Shown in pieces: positions 12,200-23,371 of a DNA stretch of 64,000 nt (its first letter is position 1; every line of letters starts with the position of its first letter). Below the pieces are notes generated by a model, which worked only from the letters and a program-made list of their open reading frames with translations, was not told where the DNA came from and ran no database searches. The DNA is from Raillietiella orientalis (taxonomy: Eukaryota): assembly GCA_036172245.1 (NCBI GenBank), contig JAYWIR010000045.1:434001-498000 (forward strand), read 5' to 3'. The position numbers and the translations under genes are program-made.

Positions 12200-15100
12200 A
12201 TTTATTAAATGTCTCTTAATAATTAACCATTTCTGTCTACAAAGAAGCATATCCAAATTAATGAAATATCGATGCTAGCACTGATTTTCTACAAAGTAGA
12301 CATCTGAGTCAAACTTATGACAGAATCCACCGAAGGCAGAGTACTAGTAAGGAAACTTTGGACATCACCGAGCACCGACATTCTGTGAAGAAATTAAAAA
12401 TTGTCGCCTAGTGCCACTAAATTTGCTTTACTGACAACATGTTTAATTATTGAAGTCTGCAAGTCTGAAGAAATCAGACGCGTATCGCAGTTTTAAAAAA
12501 GCATTTACGGTGATTCTTTTAGTAGTTTAATAAAGGGTTTAGTATCAGTTTGCTATTGGAACTTTAAAGAGCATGATCGAAAGATCGATGTTTTCTTCAT
12601 TGCTTGAATAGTGAAAAACTGTCAATGAGTTCCAGATGCGTTGTCCGTATCATGGACCAATTGAAATAGGTGGCTTTTTGTGCAACAATCTCAGTATTAA
12701 GATCCCGATGTGTACGTAACGTTATCCATGTGACAAAGCAAATGTGAATATGAATAAAGGAGCCAAATGTCAGTTTAATGAAATTTCGAGTTTGTGCTTT
12801 TGAGAATGCCTTTAGTAGAAATCGTGATTATTTTATAGGCAAATTATTGTGTGCCCACTATTTCTTGGGGAATGGAAATATGAGTGTTCTCCATAATCCT
12901 GTTTCAGAATCAGCGTAGGGTGTCTCATCAATGTTTTGTGAACGTGTGTTAAAATTTGGGTGTGTACTGTGTTTCCTTGATCTTTTCTGCCCTTGAAACA
13001 TCAAACACTGTGTGGGATTCAAAGAATTTTTTTCACATTCAAATAAAATTGAATCCACGATACTAGTAGAATTGCAAATTTCTTTATTCCTTCCAAGAAG
13101 ATACAAGTGTGGTCAGGTTTAATAGTGCAGTCGTATGCGTTATGACGGATGTTATGACAAATGTTTCAAATGAGAAGTGGCAAAATAAGGAATGTGCAGA
13201 AGTTCAAAGATAGGTTCAAATCAGTTGATTTCGGAATTCGACATACAAATCGTTTTGAATTATAGCGTGCTTACATTTCTTCTGAGGAAATATTCTTTGG
13301 TTTACAGATGCCAGTCTTCGGTAAATGTTATTATGGTTCCCTTGTTTCACTTGTCAAGTTTTTACAAGACATCGAGTACTTGAGAAAAAGTAAATACAAA
13401 ATGAAAGTGTGAAACTGATGCACTCAGAATCACAAACTCATTGTTTTGAAGAAACACAAAGAAATTCGATAAAAATGTGGAAATTATTGCCTCCTTGAAG
13501 ATTATTATTATTAAATGTCTGAGGTAGTTTGCTATTGACTAATATAATAGACGATGACAATTTAAATTTCATTAAACTTTGTGATGAGTATTGAATTTGC
13601 AGCAATGAATCTTAAAGAAGAAGTAAGTTTAGCTAGTTTTCATGGTAAGACTCAATAATTGCTCACTTATTTGTGTACATAATTTTTCATGGAGAATTTA
13701 TTTATTAAATGAAAGTTGGCTTCATTGACAACTTAGAATTTTATCACAACCTGTTATTATGGGAAGCAACCTATATCTCATGTTTGTATTGCACATGTGT
13801 AATAATTACAAGCATATAAATCATCTGTTGGAATATAATGTGCTAAATGTCCAACATTGATTATTAAGAAATGCCAGTGTTCGCTAATATCAGTTTGAGT
13901 TCTGTAGTCATCGGATTGTCTGTTCATTATTATCCAATTCATGTGTAGCTCTTTTGTATTACTTGAGAGTTTGAAAGTGAAATATTAGTTCTCTTGACCA
14001 AATGGTATAGATATTCATAAGTTGTTTATAAATTGAATAAGTATTAGTTATTTATAAATTGTTTACTTATTGGTATTGTATGGTATATGAGACATTATAA
14101 TAGTTCCATTTTTTATATTTATTAAAGTAGTCGCATCTTTATAAGGAATTTAGCAGGCACTAAGGGATCATATTTCGTATTGTAATATCTGGGATATTGC
14201 TTCAGAAAAAGAATTGTCTCCGGGTGCAAAGAAGCCAAAATACGAGCATATATAAAAGGTATCTAAAAGCAGTTTTCACTAGCTCTAAGCTGTTCAGTCT
14301 TCCATGTGCATCTCATCACAATCATTACTGCTGAAATCATTCTGTCTCTCAGAAACTCAAAGCAAAATAAAAAAAAATGATTTCTTTCAGGTCTATGCAA
14401 AACTATCACATTGCTGTTGGAGATGTTTTTGAGAGATGACACTTTTCTGAAGTACTTTACTATAAAGTAACAAATGTACAAACGTTTTGTCTAGAAATTA
14501 AAATTTGAACTGTAGTTGACAGAGCTGCATGGTATTCCATATGTGAAAGAGATCTCAATATTTGCAAAGTGTAAAGGTTTAATGCAAATAACTTTGAAGT
14601 TAGATACAACTATGTGGAATGCTTTTAAGCTTGATTAAATCACTGTGCAGGAGTACTGTTCCAAGATGCAGTATTGTGTCAGATGCTGTTTTTTGAGCTC
14701 TGTTTGCTTCAAGACTGAATCTTGGACTTTTCTATTAAATCTAGAAGGACTTTGTAGTAACTTAAGTTTCATGCAAGGATTCTATGTGAGGGAATTTTTT
14801 TTCAATGGTTAATAAAGCAGTTTGTTCTCTTAAGCTGTATTATAAATTTGATCAATGTCAGTTTCCATTTTTAATTGTGCTTGTTTCATTGTAAACAATT
14901 GTTTATCATTCAGAGATTCTAAAATCCCATGCTTTATGAGATTTCTTTCTTATTTTGTTTTCACTTAATCATATAACTCTACACTATTTGCCAAAAGGCA
15001 ATTTAAATACAACAAATGCGAAAAGTTGTATCAGAAAACTCAGTAGTAATGCATTGTATGATGTGAAGATCTTGTTTGGTCTCATATTGTTATGACACGA

Positions 15101-18100
15101 AGTTCTGGTTTTTACAACAGAATTCTATGAAACAAAGACAAAAATAGGACCCCTAGTTATAAGTAGTGTGACATGCAATAGTTCAGCCCAATGCAACAAT
15201 TATTGAATCAAGTGTTTGCTTATTGCAGGTTGAGTATCCACATTTTAGATATAAAACATATGGGGACAATTTTTCGAATCTTAAATATAAGGCTTACTCA
15301 GCAGCAATTTCTCAGAGGTTTACGAAACAAGTGTATTCTAAAATAAGATTTAATTAATAGATACATCTAACCATCATCATCATAAAGTTTGTTGAATAAT
15401 GATTCAGTTTGCTCTAAGAATATGCCAAGAATGGGGGTTAAGATAATTAAAGATATTTGAAATAACAACATTGGCATTCTCAGGAGATTTAATTCATGTA
15501 AATAGGTTCTAATTTATGTGAATTAAATTTTAATCGCATTAAATTTTAAATGAAGAATAAAATGTTTTTGTTTTTTAAAAGAAGGAAGTTTATAGGTGTA
15601 AGCTAGTTATACTGTTTAAGTAGTCATAAATGGATATGTTAACAGAGTTGGCAACATGGGATTGCTTATTATATCCATACACATCTGTGCTCTCATGTTT
15701 TTGTTTTTGCTTTGCTATTTTACATTTTGAAAAAGTGATTCCTGATGTAAGGAATTTTGTTGCATATTTGATTGCTTTTAGATATATGGTACTCAGTATT
15801 CATTTGGATTGTGATAGGATCATTTATATTGCATGTGCTTGCAAGTATCTGGGCTTTTGTTACATTGAGAAAGCATCGTTATGGAAGGTAATATGGTTTT
15901 ATTACTACAGATCTTATTGCATATCTATAATGCATGTAATTTGGTTTTTAATATTCTTTATCTTTTAGGTAATTATGTCCTATTGCAATATCAATTTATT
16001 GATGCATGCATGATCTTATTTCAGATTATACTTTCCATTTATTATTCTGTTGGGATTGGTGACTCCTATTTCATTTGGTGCAATATGCAGTACTGCTGTG
16101 GCATTAGTTTCGACATCAGCATCATTAGAATTTAATTCCTTTGAAACTTTGCTAGTTGGTATAGGAATAACAGGAATATATGTGATAGTGATATCAACCA
16201 GACTGCTAGCAACTCTTTAGACATAGTTTTATTGAATTTGGACAAGATTCTTTGTCTTAATTGTAAGTTTCTTTTCCCTCTATTATAATTTTGTTGAAGT
16301 TTAAATGAATGCACATGCAATCCTTTGATCATTGAATAACCGTATTTTTACAGTGTTAGCATACTTTGAAAATCCGAAGTATGTCAGAAAGTGTGATTTG
16401 TGGTGTTCTTATTCTTAGGTTAATGAATAGGTAGTAGACATTTTAAAAAGGAAAATTCATTTTAAAAAGGTTCAGGTTTCTGAAGTACAACAAGCAAACA
16501 AATGTAGAAATGACTTCATGGTTACAGTACTTTAAATATGCTACTAGAAAGAGTGTACAATGTTGATTAAGCATTACATTAATATGATTTAGCAATTCTG
16601 ATTCATATTGCATATGCAATTTAAAGATTGCTCTTAGCTTTAGTATTTGCTTGACAGATCATGATGTAAGTTGTGTTAACTCATCTTGTAACATTTTTTC
16701 TAAAACACTAGTTGCATCTTGTATTTTGAATTATGGTGATTAGACTCCTGTGTTATTTGGTACAATATGTAGTGTGACTGCTGCATTGGCTTCTTGGCAT
16801 CAGTATCATTAGTGTTTCATTGCTTTCAATTTTATAAAGTTAGTGATTTTGCAAACATCAAGTATCTATATTCATTTGTGCCCGTGTTTCGATTTTCGTT
16901 CACTTATTCCACCAGCGCATTTTTCAATGACTGACCAAGTTTATGTCAGCATTTGATTTTCTTTCACCAAATTCTTTGTTTTTCATTCTGTTGTACTGCT
17001 GCTGAAGGTTAGAACTCTCATTTCCTTCATTTGTTTCTGATGTCTGGATGTAGGTGTTTTTGAGCATTAGATGGTTATTTTAGGGTAACTGTGACTTTGA
17101 GGCGTTTTATAATATTTGTTTTTAAAAAAATCTCAAATGCCATTTATGCAATTATTTTGTGTGAAAGGCATCAATCTCGCGAAAACATGAAATATTTTCG
17201 AAAGCAAGATGGATTCTTATGTAAGAAAATTTCATGATTTCAAAGTTTTTCATTTTCGATGATTACCTTAGATTTATTTGATTTTTTGGATCTTTCAAAT
17301 TTAAAAGGATGTATTAAAAAAATTTAACAGCGTAAAATTCCATGATTTTCATCCAGGTTTTACGTTGGTCTTAGAGTTGTATTATGCTTCCATGCCCTTA
17401 ATAAGTTCTATTGGAAACCAAAATTTTATAGTAACAGTAATATTAAATCTAATGTGCATTTACTGTTGCTATATAACTTAGTTTACAAGTATTTCCAATG
17501 GTTTTCTGATACATTATGTGGGTCATCTACTTTTTATCCAAAACTCAAAATGATGTTTCTGATAGTGTAAACACTCATGTGGCAATTATCCAGCTGACCA
17601 TCACCATCATGTACAGTGAATAAACTTGTAATTCTGTTTAGTTCCCAAATTGTGTTCTACTAATCCACTTGCCCTTCCGAGTTTGTTCAGAGCACTCAAA
17701 GATTTCATTGCCTCATTACCCGGATCGATGCCCCGACCACATTAGTTTCGAATGTTTTTTCGGTTCATCAATTTGATGTATTACCTTTGTATTGATACCC
17801 AATTGACCAGGTTGTTACCAGAAGTTCTGTACAGCTGCTATAAAGTTTCTGACTGATTTTTAATTCGGTCGACTTCTAGAAGAGTTTGTTGTCGATGTTT
17901 TCATTTATTCGGTGCAACAAACCATGGTATTTCTTCCTCTTATTTACTACCCATTAGACAGTTTAGATTAGATTGTGACAATCCTTAAAGGGTTGTAAAT
18001 TAGATTGTAAGGATTCATAGGTTACGTTTGTTTCATCGGCTTTGCATTCTTGTGCAAACAATTCTTTTGACAGTAACAAATAAATAAGCAATTGACAATT

Positions 18101-18400
18101 TATGTAATTTATATCCGTAAGTTCTTATATTTCAGCGTTTCAGATTTGCTTGTAGGAATTAAAACGGTCATCACTCCCGTTGCGTGTTTTGTGTGTTTTC
18201 CCTGGTTGGCGTCAACACACGAATTCACTGTAAAAAGCCTGACTCTTAAAATGTCTTTAAAATATTTTTTGAAATTAGTTCTCCATCTTTTAGATCTGCA
18301 TTGAGGACATACTCTCACTTAGCAATAGTGTTGGTCTGCGATTCAGAATCGTTATAACTTCTCCCAATGAAGCTGCTCATTGCAATTAGGAACAAAAATG
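12200..18400 (-). other. Unassigned decayed coding-like block with an internal paralogous duplication
   Basis: Protein-like fragments broken by stops and frameshifts on the minus strand. 16061-16160 and 16743-16845 are clearly homologous and translate to similar peptides. No family recognised; boundaries approximate. Confidence 0.35.
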
Positions 18401-19077
18401 CAAAAGGCCTATTGAAAATTGTAACTCTGGCACGATGGAAAATGAAAGAAAAATTAAATGAGAAACCAGCTTTCTGTAGTAGTTTCAAGCTGTAACGATA
18501 TGTAATGTGGACAAGGACGGAATTCTAATGAAATGGGTCGCTTTCTAGTATGGCGATCAAGGCCTGGGTATAAATTATACCTGCGTGAAAATTTAGAAGA
18601 AAATCTTTTGTTACGGTCCTCTTACAAATCGGTATTCTTAGTCAACTTCAGAGTGAATTTGGATAGGACGGAGAATAAATTTCCGGTAAAGGTCGCCTTG
18701 AAGACGGAAAGCAACAAAAGTGTAGTGCCATAATTAGATTACAACTTTTATTTAAAAAAACTGAGGTTCTATTATCAGTTGGCTAAGTTTCCCTTTTTCA
18801 GGAGGGGAAGAACCGACGAAATTTGTGTGCTCTGTGTACTTTTGATAATTTGTAAATATTTCGTTTTGCAGTAAAAACACACAAACAAACAAACTTCAGG
18901 ACCGTTGTAGTAGAACGTTATAATTTTTAATTAGAATCGTTAAAAATTATTAGAATGTTGAACATTCCTTCGATGTTTTCGATTTTAAGCCAGTACCGAT
19001 TTGGTTGTTCTGATCCTTTCGTAATTCTGGAAAAAAACAGTTGGTAGTTCTGTTTCGATCCCCCAAACTTCGAAGTT

Positions 19078-21570
19078 CACCCATCCCTCCATTTACGCAG
19101 CACTTTTGTGCACGCGGTGTAGGTCTACTCTATCCCATTTCACGCGTCCTCCGACAGCCTTAGCCTTACTTTTTGAAAAGGGGTTGATAACCCAACACGC
19201 AGGGAGTAACCAACTTTTTATCGAGCTGCTTGTATTTATTCTTATTGCAATTCTTATTGCAATTTCATAAATGTTTAACAACACGGAGGAAGAGAAAATC
19301 AACGTCTTTGGATAGGAAAATAGAAATTTTCAATCGACTTGAAAAAGAAGGAAAACCCGCATCGATTGCGAAAGTTGTATGGAACAAACGTGTCCGCTGT
19401 CCGGACACAAAAAAAAATAAGGAAAGTATTGGAAGCAGTGTGCCATCTCGATCTTTAGCAAGCTCTTGTACAGGGCTCTTGTACAAGAAACCCTATAATA
19501 GAAAATGCGGAGGAGGCATCGATGAACCTGGATTGAAGACGATACTCAAAAGAAAACACCTACGAGCAGTTATGCGATAACACAAAAAGCTGTGAACATT
19601 TGTAACGGTTTAAGAAAGCAAGCTTTAGCATCTGATAAAGGGGAATTTGATTTTTCTGGCAGTGAGGGGTGGTTTGAAAAATTTAACCCTTTGCACTCCA
19701 AGCGTTTGTTGACAACCAGCAACTCCCCAGCACACTTTAGCAAAATTTGAAAAGTAATGGCTTTGCTTTGATAAGGGGGGGGGGGGATACAAATGTTCAT
19801 TCTTCAGGTGTTTCCCTGCGATTATTCTTTTTGCAAAGCTGTTGGTTTCTTCTTCGATAGTCCCCATGACAACAAGCTCTTCTGTGAAAAATAACTACAA
19901 ACATTCTATTGGTTCCACAATGTTAGGTGCAATCTGTGGTCCAGTAGCCCTGAGCGATACTGTAAAATGAATTCTTTTTGGAATCCGTTTGCTATCCGCT
20001 ATATCGGCCCATTCATCTTCTTATAAGGAGACAGGCAAGACCTTGAATGCAGGTTATGTGAATTCCCTCCGCCAAAGTTGTGTGTGCTTCGAACATTTAA
20101 AAGAAAAAAAAAAAAAAAGTTTTGCCTAGCACGCAGGTCTGTGGCATTTCTTTTTTGGGTTTTCAGCTGAGATTTGCAAACGAAAGTCTTTTCAGTTTGC
20201 GTCATGCCTCTTTCAGCATGTTGAAATCCACCAAGAATCCTCGGCCGTAATTTTTAAAGAAAAGCAAAAGAGTACAATAGCAGTCTGTTCGCCATTTCAG
20301 TCATTTTAATTATGATCTTTGCGTTCATCAGGTTGGGCTGTCTACAAAGATCCAACATTTTTCTTCTTGTTTTACGAGGCTTTCATGAATGTCAAGATCT
20401 CCCCGGAAGAGTTTTCACTCTCGGTAATTCCGATTCTTCGTCGCCTTTTCGCAATAATTTCGAGAATCACTAGAACGAATTCCAGAATCATCATCACTTG
20501 CACTATCTTCAGATGCAACATCAGTTAAATTGTCATCGACTAGGTGTAAATGAAGTTCTTCTTCACTTTCACTCAATTCAAAATTTTCATAATCCCTTTC
20601 CTCGTTGTCCATGTTTAGCACATTGCTTTGCAACTGACTGATGGCAGTGACAGAGCAGCAAGTCGAAGTCCTGTTCAAAACAAACTTCAAGAAGTCGTGG
20701 TTGTCACTGTACAATGTGTACTGTTTGCAGAACAGTGATCTGTAACAAGAAACTGTGAACGATCACGGCGGCTGCCTGCACGCACTTTGCATGCCGACGA
20801 GCGGGTTGCAGTGTACAAAATGCATAACTCTGGTCCCCCACTCGAATGCCTCAGCAGTGCGTTGGAATGGGGACCGGAGTTGTGCCAGACCGCATGTCCC
20901 CTCAGCGGAGCCAGTGGATCTGGGGGGCAATTCTGAACGTACCCTCGAAAGAGCCAGTGGAGTGCAAAGGGTTTAAAAAGGTGCAAGCGGTGGTCCTTGG
21001 GGAAGAACAGAGAAAAAAAGGAGGGACGCTGCGGATGGAAGAAAGCAACCTTCAATTCAAAGGCGAGGAGGCTGCGTCTGCTGATGGAGCTGCAGCTGAA
21101 GAAATCCATCCTGCCTCCGAAAGTGGCAGTGAACATGAGGAACTGGTTTCGTTCGCTGCACGAAATATTTATAAAGCTCTTCAACTGGTCACAAAATTGG
21201 AAAGTGCTATTCTAGATACTGATCCGAACGTTGGGCGGGCCTTAAAGTTTCAACGAGATTTCAAGGAATGCTGCAGCGGATATCAGGCAATTTATGGCAA
21301 AACTCCGCGAAAGATGAACTGTTGAAAAATTCATCCGGAAACATAAACGTGAATAACGCAAATGAAGAAAAAAAACTGAACCATAGTGCAGATTCCGACA
21401 CCGAATAAAACTTATTCTGGTTGCGGAAACATTATGTTTTTTTGCTAATCCATACGAAATAAATGCTTGCAAAACTTGTATCGGTTTTCCTTGTCAGTGC
21501 TTGTTTTTTTCACCCGCGTGAAAGAAGGTCCATGTGGAGCGGACCACCCGCGTAAACGGAGGGACGGGCG
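19078..21570 (+). mobile_element. Tigger/pogo-like DNA transposon relic with terminal inverted repeats
   Basis: N-terminal CENP-B-type HTH RRKRKSTSLDRKIEIFNRLEKEGKPASIAK (~19285-19375), FSGSEGWFEKF (~19652-19685), and Tigger-like C-terminus LESAILDTDPNVGRALKFQR..YQAIY (~21197-21296). Inverted repeats CACCCATCCCTCCATTTACGC (19078-19098) and GCGTAAACGGAGGGACGGGCG (21550-21570) match at 18/21. Confidence 0.8.
19780..20612 (-). mobile_element. piggyBac-like transposase N-terminal relic nested in the Tigger element
   Basis: Acidic N-terminus MDNEERDYENFELSESEEE...SDDDSG from 20612, then after stops FT...TGP...PIECL*LFFTEELV...IEEETNSFA (~19970-19835), matching the piggyBac (PGBD) F.LFF..E...I..ETN.YA signature. 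Confidence 0.6.
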
Positions 21571-21968
21571 CGCTTCGACCGGGGTGTGGACGCGCGCAGC
21601 CACGGCGTGTCGACCCGCGGTGAGTTTGGTGGACGTTCCGGTTGTACGAAAACGAAAAAGGACACGATGGATGGGTGAGAACTACCGTATGGATTACAAG
21701 CACTTTTCCCTCCCCGAATTAGGATCGGTAGCATTTTCCGAATAACACGCACTTGAGAACTTACTGCCATGTGACTATTGGCAAACAAATAGTCTGACAC
21801 ATTTCAGTGTCACGCCCTGGGGCGTGCAGTTTTTCTTCTAGCGAGGAAGCCGTCGAAACAACTGACGCGCCATTAAATTCGACATCTGAAAAACTTCATT
21901 CTGGGGAAATGGGTTTATATATATGTACATTCAGTCTGACTCTAGGAAAATAAACTCAAGTTTTGAAT

Positions 21969-23264
21969 TTATTTATTAATGTATGATAGATTATTCCTCA
22001 AGACTTCTACAGAGGGCAATATCTTTAGTATTTTGCCAAATGCAATAGTATTGTTATTTTCACGTATAGTGAATTGTTGGCCAACAACCATCACCATTTT
22101 CCTTAATAGTGTCAAATAAACAGTAGCATATTCACCTGGCATTAACAATTCATCACCATCTAAATCTATTCTACATGCCATATTCCAAGTATTACTGAAC
22201 AACTGTTGGATATATTTGCTAGTGATGGGCCTGGTACGCCCACGATCTTCTGGGGAAAGTAAGTATATATAAGCTTGAAAATAATTGCCTGAATGCAAGC
22301 TTTTGTGCTTCACAAGACACATTCCACTGCATATCATTGGAGTCTTGACATTACGCACCAATACACCTATGTTTTCTCCGGCGTACGCTTTTCCCATCGA
22401 CTTCCAGGACACTTGTATGTCTGCTACAGAACATTTGATTTGCTTGTTAAAACCCAAAATAGTAGCTTCATCATTCTTGCATAGTGTACCACGAACTAAA
22501 GTTCCAATTACAACAGTACCTCTTCCAGGAATAGCCATCACACTATCAATTGGCAAAAGGAAAGGAGAACTGGTATCTCTTTCTGGGTTTGGTACGTAAG
22601 TATCAAGAGCATTTATTAATGCAAGAATGGAATTGACTCCTAGTTCACTAGAATCTCCCTTCAAGGCTAGTAAAGGCGAACCTTTTATAATAGGGGCTGT
22701 AAAGTCATATCCGACTTTACTAAAAAGCTCACGCATCTCAATTTCAACAAGTTCAAGCATATGTTCATCGCAGCAATCAGCTTTGCTAATGTATCCTACA
22801 ACCCACTTAATCCCAATTTGTTTAGCTAGCAACAAATGTTCCCTTGTTTGAGGCATTTCACCATCTGTTGCTGCCACCACAAGTATTGCAGCATCCATTT
22901 GTGATGCTCCTGCAATCATGTTTTTAATGTAATCTGCATGACCAGGGCAATCCATATGTGCATAATGCCGCAACTGGGAATTATAAAAGATGCGAGCAAC
23001 ATTGATTGTAATGCCTCGCTTGCGTTCTTCTGCTGCTTTATCAATGTCCTCATAACTAACAAACTTAGCCAACCTATGGTTCTCTAAAACTTTAGTAATT
23101 GCAGAAGTCAGTGTAGTTTTTCCATGATCAACATGGCCTATGGTGCCAACATTTAGATGCACTTTGGTGACATGATCAGCAGATGAACAAAGCCAACGTA
23201 CACAATGACATCTTGCTAATACAAGATGCCACACACGCTGAGCTACCATGGAAAAAACTGACAT
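21969..23264 (-). CDS. mEFTu2: Mitochondrial elongation factor Tu, EF-Tu2 paralog; intronless CDS, 431 aa (true start may be the second Met at 23249)
   Basis: Single ORF with a presequence-like N-terminus, [34 protein letters not shown]. Domain 3 [16 protein letters not shown]...LLMPGE...[16 protein letters not shown] matches recalled arthropod EF-Tu2 (Drosophila mEFTu2 type) rather than EF-Tu1. Confidence 0.9.
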   Translation of the reverse strand: MSVFSMVAQRVWHLVLARCHCVRWLCSSADHVTKVHLNVGTIGHVDHGKTTLTSAITKVLENHRLAKFVSYEDIDKAAEERKRGITINVARIFYNSQLRHYAHMDCPGHADYIKNMIAGASQMDAAILVVAATDGEMPQTREHLLLAKQIGIKWVVGYISKADCCDEHMLELVEIEMRELFSKVGYDFTAPIIKGSPLLALKGDSSELGVNSILALINALDTYVPNPERDTSSPFLLPIDSVMAIPGRGTVVIGTLVRGTLCKNDEATILGFNKQIKCSVADIQVSWKSMGKAYAGENIGVLVRNVKTPMICSGMCLVKHKSLHSGNYFQAYIYLLSPEDRGRTRPITSKYIQQLFSNTWNMACRIDLDGDELLMPGEYATVYLTLLRKMVMVVGQQFTIRENNNTIAFGKILKILPSVEVLRNNLSYINK

Positions 23265-23371
23265 TCTTCATAATTATTTAAAATAACCATTTGCAAGCTC
23301 TAACAATGGTGGTTACCTACAATGAGCATTTAACTCTTCCACCACTTGCAATTTCCGAAAGTATAAACACT

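Noticed and set aside
12397..12426. RNA-virus polymerase GDN motif (ANLVALGDNF, minus strand)
   Set aside because: A single short match with no recognisable motifs A, B or D around it.
21969..23264. Horizontally acquired bacterial tuf gene (intronless)
   Set aside because: It has a presequence-like N-terminus, animal EF-Tu2-type domain 3 and host-like codon use.
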